Positions 19,601-27,608 of a DNA stretch of 64,000 bases are shown piece after piece. The first letter of the stretch is position 1. The number at the start of each line of letters is the position of its first letter. The stretch comes from Candidatus Omnitrophota bacterium (GTDB lineage Bacteria; Omnitrophota; Gorgyraeia; 1-14-0-20-64-10): contig JAHFFE010000001.1 of NCBI GenBank assembly GCA_023248155.1, positions 148,873-212,872 of the forward strand. The letters are read 5' to 3'. The translations under genes and the position numbers were made by a program. The notes beneath the pieces were generated by a model that saw only the letters and a program-made list of their open reading frames with translations, searched no databases and was not told the origin of the DNA.

Positions 19601-20154
19601 TTTGTATTGTTGATAATTTCGGCAAGGTAGAGCGTAACAGATGCTTTTGCGACGGGAAGGGATTTCTCACCCAGTGCTTCTACCAATAATTTCTGAATTT
19701 GTCCCAGAGTAAGATCTCCGGGAATAATTAATTGCCGCGGAGCGATATCAATCCAGGTGGTCTTTGGCTGGTCGGGCCTGTCGCTGACTTCAACGGAATA
19801 GTCCATGTCGGGCGCGGAACTTCCAAAAAGCTCAACCAGCGCTTTTTCTAGTGGGGCAGGGGAAATAAAGAAAACTGCCGCTTGGGTATCTCCCACTTGT
19901 TTGTACAGACGATAAATGACCGTTCCGTCGGTGGGAACATAGCTCAGAAGCTGATCAAAGGAAGCGTTGGGATTTGTTTGTTCCTCCGCGCCGGCAGCAG
20001 GGGAGAGTTTTTTCTCGAGCGCGGATTGTGCAGGCCCTTCAATGGTTTGCCGCAACATCTGATTCGATGCCGGCAGGAATGCGCTGCCCGATCCTTCGCC
20101 GGAAAAGCAAAGAATCAGTATCGCCGCGATCAAATTTTGAAAAGTTTTATTCAT
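13639..20154 (-). CDS. giant secreted multidomain protein (2171 aa): signal peptide, ROK/actin-like ATPase domain, possible DUF89-like domain, C-terminal NAGPA-like phosphodiester glycosidase domain
   Basis: N-terminal signal peptide MNKTFQNLIAAILILCFSG. Residues ~300-580 resemble a ROK/BadF sugar-kinase ATPase fold (AVGVDITREGF...GPGISGDL...LGFLEVGRV). C-terminal residues ~1800-2000 resemble NAGPA/DUF2233 (RTRWDPNTTYAAFSALGRTGDNQLIFLSLVG...AILLGGSMDV). Confidence 0.7.
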   Translation of the reverse strand: MNKTFQNLIAAILILCFSGEGSGSAFLPASNQMLRQTIEGPAQSALEKKLSPAAGAEEQTNPNASFDQLLSYVPTDGTVIYRLYKQVGDTQAAVFFISPAPLEKALVELFGSSAPDMDYSVEVSDRPDQPKTTWIDIAPRQLIIPGDLTLGQIQKLLVEALGEKSLPVAKASVTLYLAEIINNTNQHAYGYQPQLNTRVTLTWNGPELRAVLEDQAKDFFSLKELLEQSLGESQPADDPMDLVRELFGQLDKDQSAAAAAGKKAGGKMGTPLLRRAYREGLFSLAEETYAPGEGTRRVFVFRNPVPPSPPPKKLSPEAVEIRAAYGNKRYAVGVDITREGFSVALSGPDNKVERRTAPPMQKWSTTGGTLDPNKNPELIVAALVNQIAQMVDDTGLSGDRLSRVVVSIVAAVNDEASDGETGNPQPAPYLPAFDHYSLSAVLQEKLSARLGGKASAVVSVYNRGRASLLGELSAIGTIHGVQNAAFFYFGPGISGDLAANGRPVSRSLGFLEVGRVTTSTDNGKHYEYKGRELKGMRFQPTTTELQVEQLLSEPALEKRVKALGYDNAEVAQEIGRFMAAALAPYLTGTIPEVIPQRTVLAGSVVHRLAVALGPAPAIGLIREALSSELISHFHADPLIAGAIANGIIFSRIGTDEERQFAAALTLLKQATSGLEETPDDLAARLVAALVAENREGDIQLTQREAARLFGGSPSQSFLSNRKELLAGINQALPEKLAETKLTKVQIGNSEKADESEEAVAADVNSIIPVLLETIAAGLRGGGPRKKDGRKEVQFTVEDGVASISSQTLNKILPEDLSGSLRKTQKLHEAFAALEVRLEITDRFRAILSREKPSDGYTAIFWETDNAKLLRSEKIWRVQIVPPRDAVEFFAESAHDGDSTMLAVQEIERRANRGASFTMNEVWTVLLLFHNLVLRDAADQTFNRFLDDLKRRFPEQDPLGDFRSARLVWQRAYPVLQESLDLSAADELEHLFSEAAKQIEQELPKDRGPVVDFSPSRTVLPPDKTSAGLEESGRNARWQRNHQQIIQMLHEHPGETTELDALADRLGLSKDTLQQHRYRDLIVRENKARGEAGWPQPPILIRGIKDPRSESGAKPVLTIERAQQLIDQLNGNVVERLEAADFLFAQTNSVSLLPSIARLLELFTTYQQREIREGNRGFDSLLGTAVQKFSPDQNIVGFWNAIRPVLREAKPADGRPVNIPQLYQDKLKQFEPMLLEGAAPAKTAAEILRLAFVRDGQIDPRISPFLDQSPTEDAQEKDIRWVKAFLALMAAPPQEKTALPPLSVSEYNAGPFLRNEISEEILRDYVENEWIAALEKTLRGAAEQITRQQPSAPVTAEDLGLKQIQSLMRSLSYAEDSAGQRLFPNLSESEIYRWSYRDLPRLLVPLISPSLSRAHIPAQLLEQALANPLSFSNESGNRAAAAAIRTLLQNQPETFTDNPVKLRRNPGKKLLPWLRLAIALNLIDYSQPALAREIEQAGGVMHYVLPRMGTDFSEALGGERFIHSFIADILKPGQSLVHITDNNAEIAGSLKLAELLLSVNPTLTISMIVKVDNGVMNDASLDDARRLLEKQPIYEKLRQYQAIGRFRLIPGARSHGTPLNRLTPEAVSAIRDAGVVLSQGEANTWNLNGLAKPLIYLGLRLKWLTGIENIFGVAPDPERPPAFIKIDGTQGAYFQNPFGTLPNVPRVTIRQTVLAQNPEMTAGVVLADPKPLRDSAYGETRTVSIERPDRTLTGRAVLIHPAKTLIRQRLNPQVINGSWEWKGLRRLTKTQQPGDPLMGIIDKPSSWNNLSLPLDAEPIFASNSLQTNFWEPNGFLIIDGKLVAIPGVRQAEEPWVFVLEAADSGKTGLRRLKLTEGVPQTDGIREAVAGPVLVRDGKSVASKIRHYPTEGGAANADADLSEGAYANRTRWDPNTTYAAFSALGRTGDNQLIFLSLVGQPETGQKQASVEDVTEAMIKSGAVEAILLGGSMDVQQWAVDDGTVPVILGRHNNAPHDSLRNLNAAIVVYTNPSAGQEETVSAGDTQDRALAQLSVLYSPTSAAPESTVLVFENPETFDLIPMALQWGWRVAILSDGAQADALRSLLAQMRVPRERYAIGYLEASNLLDNPTLRLISIQNREQGLRQLGLNPDDLPSPVALALDAVQNFLESMA

Positions 20155-20175
20155 CGGTTTTTCAATGATGGATAT

Positions 20176-20214
20176 AAAAACCCTCCTCTGTTTATGGGTG
20201 AGAGAAGGGTTTTT
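20176..20214 (-). terminator. terminator-like hairpin in the leader of the giant gene
   Basis: AAAAACCCTCCTC - 13-nt loop - GAGAAGGGTTTTT with A/T flanks, about 20 nt upstream of the start codon. Confidence 0.4.
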
Positions 20215-20229
20215 GCGTACATAAAATAG

Positions 20230-20249
20230 TATCGTCGATTTAGACGATA
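20230..20249. promoter_or_regulatory. perfect palindrome TATCGTC-N6-GACGATA in the AT-rich leader, a possible operator
   Basis: Seen directly: tatcgtcgatttagacgata sits within an 80-nt stretch of below 30% GC. Confidence 0.3.
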
Positions 20250-20297
20250 AAAATCAAGTTAAAATAATATAAGATTATAACTATGCTAACATTTAGA

Positions 20298-20693
20298 TTA
20301 ATCGGCCAGCGTGTAAAGCGGTTCGGGATCAAATGCCTGGCAAAAATTGTATAATTCGCGGAAATCATCGATGCAGTCAGTCTCGGTTTTGCGCAGCAGG
20401 GAAGCCTCGACCAGCGAAAAAACAATCGCCCCAAAATCGTCAGTGCGTTCAAGCCCCCAATAGGCGAGTACCTCGGCCGCCAACGGGCCAAATTGATCCA
20501 GCGCATAGAGGCGCAACCCCTGCGCCAGCTCCTGTCCGGTAATGTGGCGCGGCTCCGACAATTGACCGACGGTATATTGCAGGCCGGCCATCACGAAATA
20601 GTAGGCATCGGGTTTGAAGCGGGGGTTTTTTTGGCACAGCTTTTCCACCTGGCGGACCAATGCCTGAGTCGGAGAAAGCACCGCGTGGCTCAT
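20298..20693 (-). CDS. hypothetical protein
   Basis: 131-aa ORF with codon usage like its neighbours; no motif recognised. Confidence 0.45.
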   Translation of the reverse strand: MSHAVLSPTQALVRQVEKLCQKNPRFKPDAYYFVMAGLQYTVGQLSEPRHITGQELAQGLRLYALDQFGPLAAEVLAYWGLERTDDFGAIVFSLVEASLLRKTETDCIDDFRELYNFCQAFDPEPLYTLAD

Positions 20694-20694
20694 C

Positions 20695-21231
20695 TTATTT
20701 CCACCGGATCAAGTTAAGGCCCCACAAAATGCCGATGATCGATTTCGCGTCGATAATCTTGCCTTTCTGCACCATTTGAACCGCTTTTCGGATCGGCGTA
20801 ACGGCGGTAACGATCGACTCGTCGACATCCATCGCGATCCGTTTCGAGAGCGGTCTCAATTTCTCGGCGACGAACAGCGTCATCCGCTCCGTGGAAATGC
20901 CGGGCGCCGGGTAAAAATCGATCAGACGCGTCCATTTTGAGGCGGTATAACCTGTTTCTTCGGCCAGTTCGCGCTTGGCGCAGGCCAGCATCGATTCGCC
21001 TGGTTCGCTGGTTCCGGCCGGGATTTCAAGAATCTCTTTGTTGATGGCATGGCGGAACTGGCTGATTAAAAGCAGTTCGTTTTTATTGATCAGCGGAAGG
21101 ATGACTACCGACGGCGGATGGTGGATCGTCTCGCGTTTGTAGACTAACCCCGACTCTTTTCGAAAAGTATCCAGCATCAGTTTCGCGACGCGGCCGCGAT
21201 ATAAAGTTTTTGTGGCTAATCGCTTAACCAT
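20695..21231 (-). CDS. NUDIX hydrolase (ADP-ribose pyrophosphatase-like)
   Basis: Nudix box GTSEPGESMLACAKRELAEETGY. Confidence 0.85.
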   Translation of the reverse strand: MVKRLATKTLYRGRVAKLMLDTFRKESGLVYKRETIHHPPSVVILPLINKNELLLISQFRHAINKEILEIPAGTSEPGESMLACAKRELAEETGYTASKWTRLIDFYPAPGISTERMTLFVAEKLRPLSKRIAMDVDESIVTAVTPIRKAVQMVQKGKIIDAKSIIGILWGLNLIRWK

Positions 21232-21292
21232 AGCGGCTAGTATAACACGAACCGACCCGGTGGTGTTTTGTGGACAGGGTCGGCGTTGGAAC

Positions 21293-21300
21293 TGTATAAT
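21293..21300 (+). promoter_or_regulatory. extended -10 element (TGTATAAT) upstream of nuoJ
   Basis: tgtataat lies about 55 nt upstream of the nuoJ start. Confidence 0.35.
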
Positions 21301-21355
21301 GATTTTTTAACTTTCATATCGGAAGGAAAAAACAATCATCAATTCTGTCGGACCG

Positions 21356-21859
21356 TTGGAATTCGCGGCAAAAATCGGGTTTTATGGCGTGGCCGCTGCT
21401 ACGCTGGCAGGCGCCTGGTTTACTGTTTCCGCCCGCAACCTGTTCCGCGCAGCACTCGGCCTGGCGCTGGCATTGTTCGGAGTGGCCGGTCTCTTCCTCT
21501 ATATGGAGGCTGAATTCCTGGCCGCCGTTCAGCTGCTGGTTTATGTTGGCGCGATCCTGACGCTGATGATTTTCGGAATCATGCTGACCCACCGGATTGC
21601 CGACCCGAATTTGAAAAAATGGAACCGCCAATCAGGGCGGGCAGGTATCGTGTCGGCCGTGATCGGCGTTGGTCTGTCCGCGATTTTTCTGAAAGCGTCG
21701 TGGAATCAGAGTGGCGCTGATTTTCCGCCGGTGCCGGTTCCGTTTTTGGGCCGCGCAATCCTGACCACGCAACTGCTGGCGTTTGAACTGCTTTCGTTAT
21801 TACTCCTGGGCGCTTTGGTCGGCTCACTTTATATTGCCCGGAAAGAGAAGCGATGTTAA
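21356..21859 (+). CDS. nuoJ: NADH-quinone oxidoreductase subunit J
   Basis: TTG start giving an MEF... N-terminus like E. coli NuoJ; conserved YMEAEFLAAVQLLVYVGAI region. Confidence 0.85.
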   Translation: MEFAAKIGFYGVAAATLAGAWFTVSARNLFRAALGLALALFGVAGLFLYMEAEFLAAVQLLVYVGAILTLMIFGIMLTHRIADPNLKKWNRQSGRAGIVSAVIGVGLSAIFLKASWNQSGADFPPVPVPFLGRAILTTQLLAFELLSLLLLGALVGSLYIARKEKRC

Positions 21860-22164
21860 TTCCTACATCGCATATTCTGGTGGTTTCGGCCGGGTTGTTC
21901 GCACTGGGGCTGTTCGGCGCGCTCACGCGGCGCAACGCCGTCGGGATTTTGATGTCGATCGAGCTGATCCTCAACAGCGCCAATTTAAATTTGATCGCGT
22001 TCAGCCGGAGTTGGGGCACGCAGCAGGCCGATTTGCAGGTGGCCGTTTTGATTGTAATCGGCATTGCGGCCGCCGGCGCGGTAGCCGGTCTGGCGCTGAT
22101 TCTGGCGATCTCACGCCACCGGCAGACGATTCAGGCCGATGAAATTAAGGAGTTAAAAGGATGA
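21853..22164 (+). CDS. nuoK: NADH-quinone oxidoreductase subunit K
   Basis: 103 aa with three TM helices; conserved glutamates (SIELILNSANLNLIAF). Confidence 0.85.
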   Translation: MLIPTSHILVVSAGLFALGLFGALTRRNAVGILMSIELILNSANLNLIAFSRSWGTQQADLQVAVLIVIGIAAAGAVAGLALILAISRHRQTIQADEIKELKG

Positions 22165-24074
22165 ACCTGGCGCTGATTCCGCTGCTGCCGGCGATTTCAT
22201 TCGTGATTCTGATTTTAATCGGCCGCCGGCTGGGCAAAGCGGCGCCGTTGATCAGTTTATCCGCCCTTTTGGGTTCTCTGGTTTTATCGATTCAGCTGTT
22301 TCTTCAAATCACCGCTTCGCATGGTCACCCGGTTCACGCCTCGATGGTCTGGCTGCCCATGGCCGAGCAATCGTTCCGGTTCGGGTTTCTGGCGGATCCG
22401 TTATCGATTACGATGTGTTTAGTGGTCACCGTCATCGGCTGGATGATCATGCTTTATTCCACCGGATATATGACGGACGATCCGCGCTACAGCCGTTTCT
22501 TCGCCTACCTGTCTCTCTTTTTTGCCGCTATGCTGACGCTGGTGCTGGCCGATCATTTTGTTTTGCTGTACATCGGATGGGAAGTGGTGGGGCTCTGCTC
22601 CTATCTGCTGATCAGTTTCTGGTTCGAGAAACCTTCGGCCGCCGCTGCCGGGAAAAAAGCATTTTTAACAACGCGCGTGGGCGACTTGGGATTGTTGGCG
22701 GCTATTTTGCTGATGGCAAAATTCGGCGGCAATTTGAATTTCGGCAACTGGGAAACCAAAGCACAGGCGCTCGGCCATTTAACGCCGCTGGTGGCGGTGC
22801 TGTTATTTTGGGGAGCGGCCGGTAAATCGGCGCAGTTCCCTTTGCATGTCTGGCTGCCCGACGCGATGGAAGGCCCCACGCCGGTTTCGGCGCTGATCCA
22901 TGCCGCCACGATGGTGGCCGCCGGCGTTTATCTGGTGGCGCGCTGTATGCCGCTGTTTTTGGCCGAGCCGTCGGCACTGATGGTGGTGGCTACATTGGCG
23001 GCGATCACCAGTTTTTTCGCGGCGACGATTGCCTGTACGCAGACCGACCTCAAAAAAATATTGGCTTATTCAACGCTCAGCCAGCTCGGATTCATGATGC
23101 TGGGGCTGGCTTCCGGATCGGCCGTGGCCGGCATGTTCCATCTGGTGACGCATGCCTGGTTTAAAGCGCTGCTCTTTTTGGGCGCCGGTTCGGTGATCCA
23201 CGCGATGCATCATCAGGACACGACGAAGATGGGCGGCCTATTGAAGAAAATGCCGATCACCGGCGCCACATTCATTATCGCATCGGTGGCGATGGCCGGC
23301 GTTCCGCCGCTGTCCGGGTTCTGGTCGAAAGAAGAAATCTTGATTTCCGTCGGCGGGCATCTGCCGCCGCTGTTTCTCTGGGTCGGTTTGGCGGTTTCTC
23401 TGATGACGGCGTTCTACATTACAAAAACAGTGATCGTCACTTTTTTTGGGGAATGCCGCGATCATCACGCCCATGCACATGAATCACCCTGGACGATGGC
23501 TGCCCCGCTGCTTTTCTTAAGCGTTGGCGCGGCGTTCGTCGGATTACTGGGGTCGCCGTTTTTTGAACATTCGTTCCAGCATTTTCTGGCTCCCGAGGAA
23601 ACCGGCGGCCATTCCAGCGCTCCGGCCTGGATTCAGACCGTCTCTGTTTTGATTGCCGCTACCGGAATTGGCCTGGCATTCGTCCGTTACCAACTGGGCA
23701 AACAATTATTGCCCGAAAGAATGCGCGTCCGTCTGCGTCCAATCTACCAGCTGATCGACAACAAATATTATATCGATGAGATCTACGAGAAAATTTTCAT
23801 CCGGCCGGTGGCTGCGCTGGGACGGCTGTCCTGGGATTTTGACGCCGGCGTGGTGGATGCGATCGTCAACGGCGTGGGCCGGCTGACGCAGGTATTGTCG
23901 GAATGCAAACGGCAGTTTGATGAGCAGATCGTCGACGGGTTTGTGAACGCCACCGCCATTTGGACGGGCCGGGCGGGGCAAACCGTGCGGCTTTTACAAA
24001 CCGGACTGGTACAAAACTATTTGTGGCTGGCCGCGGCAGGTGCCGTGGCGCTCTTCTTCTTGATTCGGAGGTGA
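22161..24074 (+). CDS. nuoL: NADH-quinone oxidoreductase subunit L
   Basis: 637-aa antiporter-like subunit with conserved WLPDAMEGPTPVSALIHAATMV. Confidence 0.9.
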   Translation: MNLALIPLLPAISFVILILIGRRLGKAAPLISLSALLGSLVLSIQLFLQITASHGHPVHASMVWLPMAEQSFRFGFLADPLSITMCLVVTVIGWMIMLYSTGYMTDDPRYSRFFAYLSLFFAAMLTLVLADHFVLLYIGWEVVGLCSYLLISFWFEKPSAAAAGKKAFLTTRVGDLGLLAAILLMAKFGGNLNFGNWETKAQALGHLTPLVAVLLFWGAAGKSAQFPLHVWLPDAMEGPTPVSALIHAATMVAAGVYLVARCMPLFLAEPSALMVVATLAAITSFFAATIACTQTDLKKILAYSTLSQLGFMMLGLASGSAVAGMFHLVTHAWFKALLFLGAGSVIHAMHHQDTTKMGGLLKKMPITGATFIIASVAMAGVPPLSGFWSKEEILISVGGHLPPLFLWVGLAVSLMTAFYITKTVIVTFFGECRDHHAHAHESPWTMAAPLLFLSVGAAFVGLLGSPFFEHSFQHFLAPEETGGHSSAPAWIQTVSVLIAATGIGLAFVRYQLGKQLLPERMRVRLRPIYQLIDNKYYIDEIYEKIFIRPVAALGRLSWDFDAGVVDAIVNGVGRLTQVLSECKRQFDEQIVDGFVNATAIWTGRAGQTVRLLQTGLVQNYLWLAAAGAVALFFLIRR

Positions 24075-24078
24075 CGAC

Positions 24079-25561
24079 CGTGGGTTCTCTTATTTTGTCG
24101 CAATTAGTATTTTTGCCGCTGGCCGCGGCATTATTGACGCTGGTGATTCCCAAGGAACGGGAAAGTTGGATTCGCGCCGTGGCGCTGCTGGCGACCGGAA
24201 TGGTTCTGGTGCTGGCAACGCTGCTGGTTTTCAGCTACCGTCCGCTGTTGTCGGGGTTCCAGTTTGAAGAAAAAATCAGCTGGATTCCGCAAGTCAACGT
24301 TTGGTACCACCTCGGCGTAGACGGCATCAGTCTGCCGCTGGTTTTTCTGACGGCGCTGATTTCGTTTGTCGGCGTGATCGCTTCGGCTTCGATCCAGGAC
24401 CGGCTGAAAGAATATTTCTTCCTCTATCTGCTGCTGGCGACCGGAATGATGGGCACCTTTCTAGCGCTCGATCTGTTTTTGTTCTACATCTTTTGGGAAA
24501 TCGTGCTGGTGCCGATGTATTTTCTGATCGGCATCTGGGGCGGGCCGCGGCGCGAATATGCGGCGATCAAATTTTTTCTCTACACGCTGGCCGGCTCGGT
24601 CTTTATGCTGCTGGCGATCATCGCCTGCTATTTCTCGTCGCTGCCGCACACGTTTTCGATTCCCGATCTCACCCAGCAGGGGCTGCGATTGAGCCATAAC
24701 ATGCAGTGGGCCGTTTTCATGGGCTTTTTCCTGGCGTTCGCGATTAAAGTGCCGATCTTTCCGTTTCATACCTGGCTGCCCGACGCGCATGTCGAGGCGC
24801 CCACGCCGATCAGCGTGATTTTGGCCGGTGTGCTTTTGAAAATGGGAGGCTACGGTTTTTTCCGGATCAGCCTGCCGCTGATGCCGGGTATTGCCACGCA
24901 ATTTGCCATTGTGTTCGCCGTGCTGGGTGTGATCAATATTATTTACGGCGCGATGGTCGCGCTGGCGCAGACCGATTTCAAGAAACTGGTGGCCTATTCC
25001 TCGGTCAGCCATATGGGATTCGTGCTGCTGGGCTTGGGCGCCATGAACCTGCCCGGGTTTAACGGCGCGGCGCTTGAGATGTTCAACCACGGCATGATCA
25101 CCGGCGGCATGTTTTTGCTGGTCGGCGTTTTGTACGACCGCACGCATACGCGGAATTTGGCCGATTTCGGCGGTCTCGGCGCGAAAATTCCGGTTTATTC
25201 CGGGCTGCTGATCTTTTTCTCGATGGCCAGCCTGGGACTGCCGGCGTTGAGCGGTTTCGTCGGCGAATTCTTGTCGTTGATGGGCGGCTTTTTGTCGTTC
25301 CCTGCGATTACGCTGGTGTCGGTGCTGGGCCTTGTTGTTGGCGCGGCGATTTTCCTGCTGTTGATCCAGAAAGTGCTGCTGGGCGTTTTTCAGACGAAGT
25401 GGGCCCACTTGCGCGACATCAATACGCGTGAACTGCTGGCCATCGTGCCGTTGATGGCGATGGTGCTTTGGGTGGGATTGTTCCCGCGCACGATTTTGTT
25501 TTTGCAGAGCACGACGCTGGGCAACCTGCTGCGCCATCTCGGGAGCATGAAAGGATGGTAA
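24079..25561 (+). CDS. nuoM: NADH-quinone oxidoreductase subunit M
   Basis: Antiporter-like subunit (WLPDAHVEAPTPISVILAGVLLKMGGYG); start trimmed to GTG at 24079 after nuoL. Confidence 0.85.
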
Positions 25562-26997
25562 CAGCAATACTGCCGGAACTTTTACTGACGGCCGGCGCGA
25601 TTGTTTTACTGCTGCTGCCGTTCTTGCGCTCGGCGCGGTCGCTGGTACCGCTTTCGTTTGCGCTGATTGCCGTTGCCGCGGCGATTCCTGTTGGGTTGTT
25701 ACTGCGTGGGCATAGTCTGGGCGGAGCACTTTTCTCCGGCGTTTTTATGTTCGACAAACTCACATTCTTTTTCCAGGAACTGATTCTGCTCTCCGTCGGT
25801 CTGGTCGTTATGACGGTAGCCGGCGACGCCCGCTCCGGCCTGCGCGATCGCCGCGAATTTTACTGCCTGCTGCTGCTGACCACCGTCGGGCTTTTGCTGA
25901 TGCCCGGCGCGCAGAACCTGGTGTTACTTTATCTGGCGCTGGAACTGGTCTCGGTGTTGTCCTATCTGCTGTCCGGTTTTAAAAAACAGGACGGGCTTTC
26001 CGTCGAAGCGGCGCTCAAATATCTGTTATTCGGCCTGCTCTCGACCGGTGTTTTGCTGTACGGCATTTCGCTGATCTACGGCTTGGCCGGAACGATGGAT
26101 ATTCGCGCGATACCGGTGGAAGCTTTACGGCAATCACCGGCTGTAACACTGGCCGCGCTGATTTTGCTGGCCGTTGGATTTGGTTTTAAACTATCGCTGG
26201 TTCCGTTTCATGGTTGGGCGCCCGATCTGTACGAAGGGGCGCCGGCTCCCGTCGTGTCATTCATATCGGTGGCGCCGAAAATCGCCACATTCGCGGTACT
26301 GATCCGCCTCTTTATGGTCTGGCTGTCTCCGATCGCCGATCTCTGGGCGATTCTTTTTTCATTTCTGGCGGTGATCACGATGACGGTGGGGAATCTGGCG
26401 GCGCTTCCGCAAACCAATTTGAAGCGGCTGCTGGCTTATTCGTCCATCGCGCATGCCGGAACGATGTTGATCGGACTGGCGGCCGGAACGGCGTTTGGCG
26501 CCGGCGCTCTGGCTTATTACGCGGTGGCCTATCTATTGATGAACACCGGATTGTTCATGGCAGTGACCGCGATGGAAAGCGCCGAGGGCCGCTCGGACCT
26601 GGCCGTTTATTCCGGCCTGGCGCAGCGTGAACCAACGATGGCCGCGCTGATGGCCGTTTGTCTGCTGTCGCTGGGCGGTATTCCGCCGCTGGCCGGATTT
26701 TTCGGGAAAATGTGGGTTTTCGGCGCCGCGTTGAAGGGGAACCTGGCCTGGCTGGCCGTAGCGGGCGCCGTCAACAGCGTGATCGCCGCGTTTTACTACC
26801 TGAAAGTGGTCAAAACCCTTTATCTGGATCCATTACCGGCCGGCTGCAAGCCGATTCCCTGCGTCGAATCGCTCTGTTTCGGAATGAGTTTTTGCGTGGT
26901 GATGCTGTTTGTTTTGGGCCTCTGGCAGGGGCCTCTGCTTGAAATTCTCCGGCTGGTGATTCCTTCGCAACTGCCGCCCGGCTCCGTCCCCTGGTAA
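25555..26997 (+). CDS. nuoN: NADH-quinone oxidoreductase subunit N
   Basis: Antiporter-like subunit; ATG at 25555 overlaps the nuoM stop codon; N-terminus MVTAILPELLLTAG. Confidence 0.85.
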   Translation: MVTAILPELLLTAGAIVLLLLPFLRSARSLVPLSFALIAVAAAIPVGLLLRGHSLGGALFSGVFMFDKLTFFFQELILLSVGLVVMTVAGDARSGLRDRREFYCLLLLTTVGLLLMPGAQNLVLLYLALELVSVLSYLLSGFKKQDGLSVEAALKYLLFGLLSTGVLLYGISLIYGLAGTMDIRAIPVEALRQSPAVTLAALILLAVGFGFKLSLVPFHGWAPDLYEGAPAPVVSFISVAPKIATFAVLIRLFMVWLSPIADLWAILFSFLAVITMTVGNLAALPQTNLKRLLAYSSIAHAGTMLIGLAAGTAFGAGALAYYAVAYLLMNTGLFMAVTAMESAEGRSDLAVYSGLAQREPTMAALMAVCLLSLGGIPPLAGFFGKMWVFGAALKGNLAWLAVAGAVNSVIAAFYYLKVVKTLYLDPLPAGCKPIPCVESLCFGMSFCVVMLFVLGLWQGPLLEILRLVIPSQLPPGSVPW

Positions 26998-27067
26998 TCC
27001 GGTTTTTGCTTGCTGGGGTTCCCGCTTTTTGTTAAAATAACCTCTCTTCGCAAGGTGAGGTTTCAGC

Positions 27068-27328
27068 GTGAGTTCTTCTTCGAATAAAAAGAACGATCTC
27101 GTCCGGTTGGCTCAACAGGCCGGCTTATTCACCTCAATTCCGATGATTATGATGGGCGGCCCGGCGGCTGGTTTTTTTATCGGCGCGTTTCTGGACCGGC
27201 GATTTTCGATCAGTCCGTGGGGTACCGGAATCGGTGTTTTGCTGGGACTGGCTGCTGGATTTTTTGAGACGATCCAACTGATTCGCGCGGCGCAAAAACT
27301 GGAGAATGATTCCAAAAATGAATCTTAA
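27068..27328 (+). CDS. atpZ: AtpZ/AtpI family small membrane protein (putative F0F1 accessory)
   Basis: 86 aa with two TM helices (MGGPAAGFFIGAFLD...GIGVLLGLAAGFF); positioned first in the atp operon. Confidence 0.7.
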   Translation: MSSSSNKKNDLVRLAQQAGLFTSIPMIMMGGPAAGFFIGAFLDRRFSISPWGTGIGVLLGLAAGFFETIQLIRAAQKLENDSKNES

Positions 27329-27608
27329 CGGGGCATGGTTGATTGGCCTGGCGGCAGGGGCCGCCTGGAGCGCGTTGAACATGGAAGCGTTCAAGCGGCT
27401 GGCCATCGTATTGTCCTCTCCGGAAAAGAACCGCAAAGCCCTGATCGGCATCCTTCTCGCGAAATTCGGCCTGCTTTATCCGGCGGCCGCAGTATTACTC
27501 TGGTCAGGAGTTTGCTCGCGCGCGGCGTTTGCCGTTGGATTGACGGTTATGCTGGCTTGGAATTCCGCCGCGATTTTCCGAAAATCCCGGGAGAAAGTCC
27601 ATGTCTGA
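27306..27608 (+). CDS. atpI: ATP synthase protein I-like
   Basis: 100-aa small membrane protein immediately upstream of atpB. Confidence 0.6.
   Translation: MIPKMNLNGAWLIGLAAGAAWSALNMEAFKRLAIVLSSPEKNRKALIGILLAKFGLLYPAAAVLLWSGVCSRAAFAVGLTVMLAWNSAAIFRKSREKVHV

Noticed and set aside
24461-25729. 422-aa minus-strand ORF antisense to nuoM/nuoN
   Set aside because: Highly biased R/Q/H-rich composition with no motifs; it lies opposite two conserved membrane subunit genes
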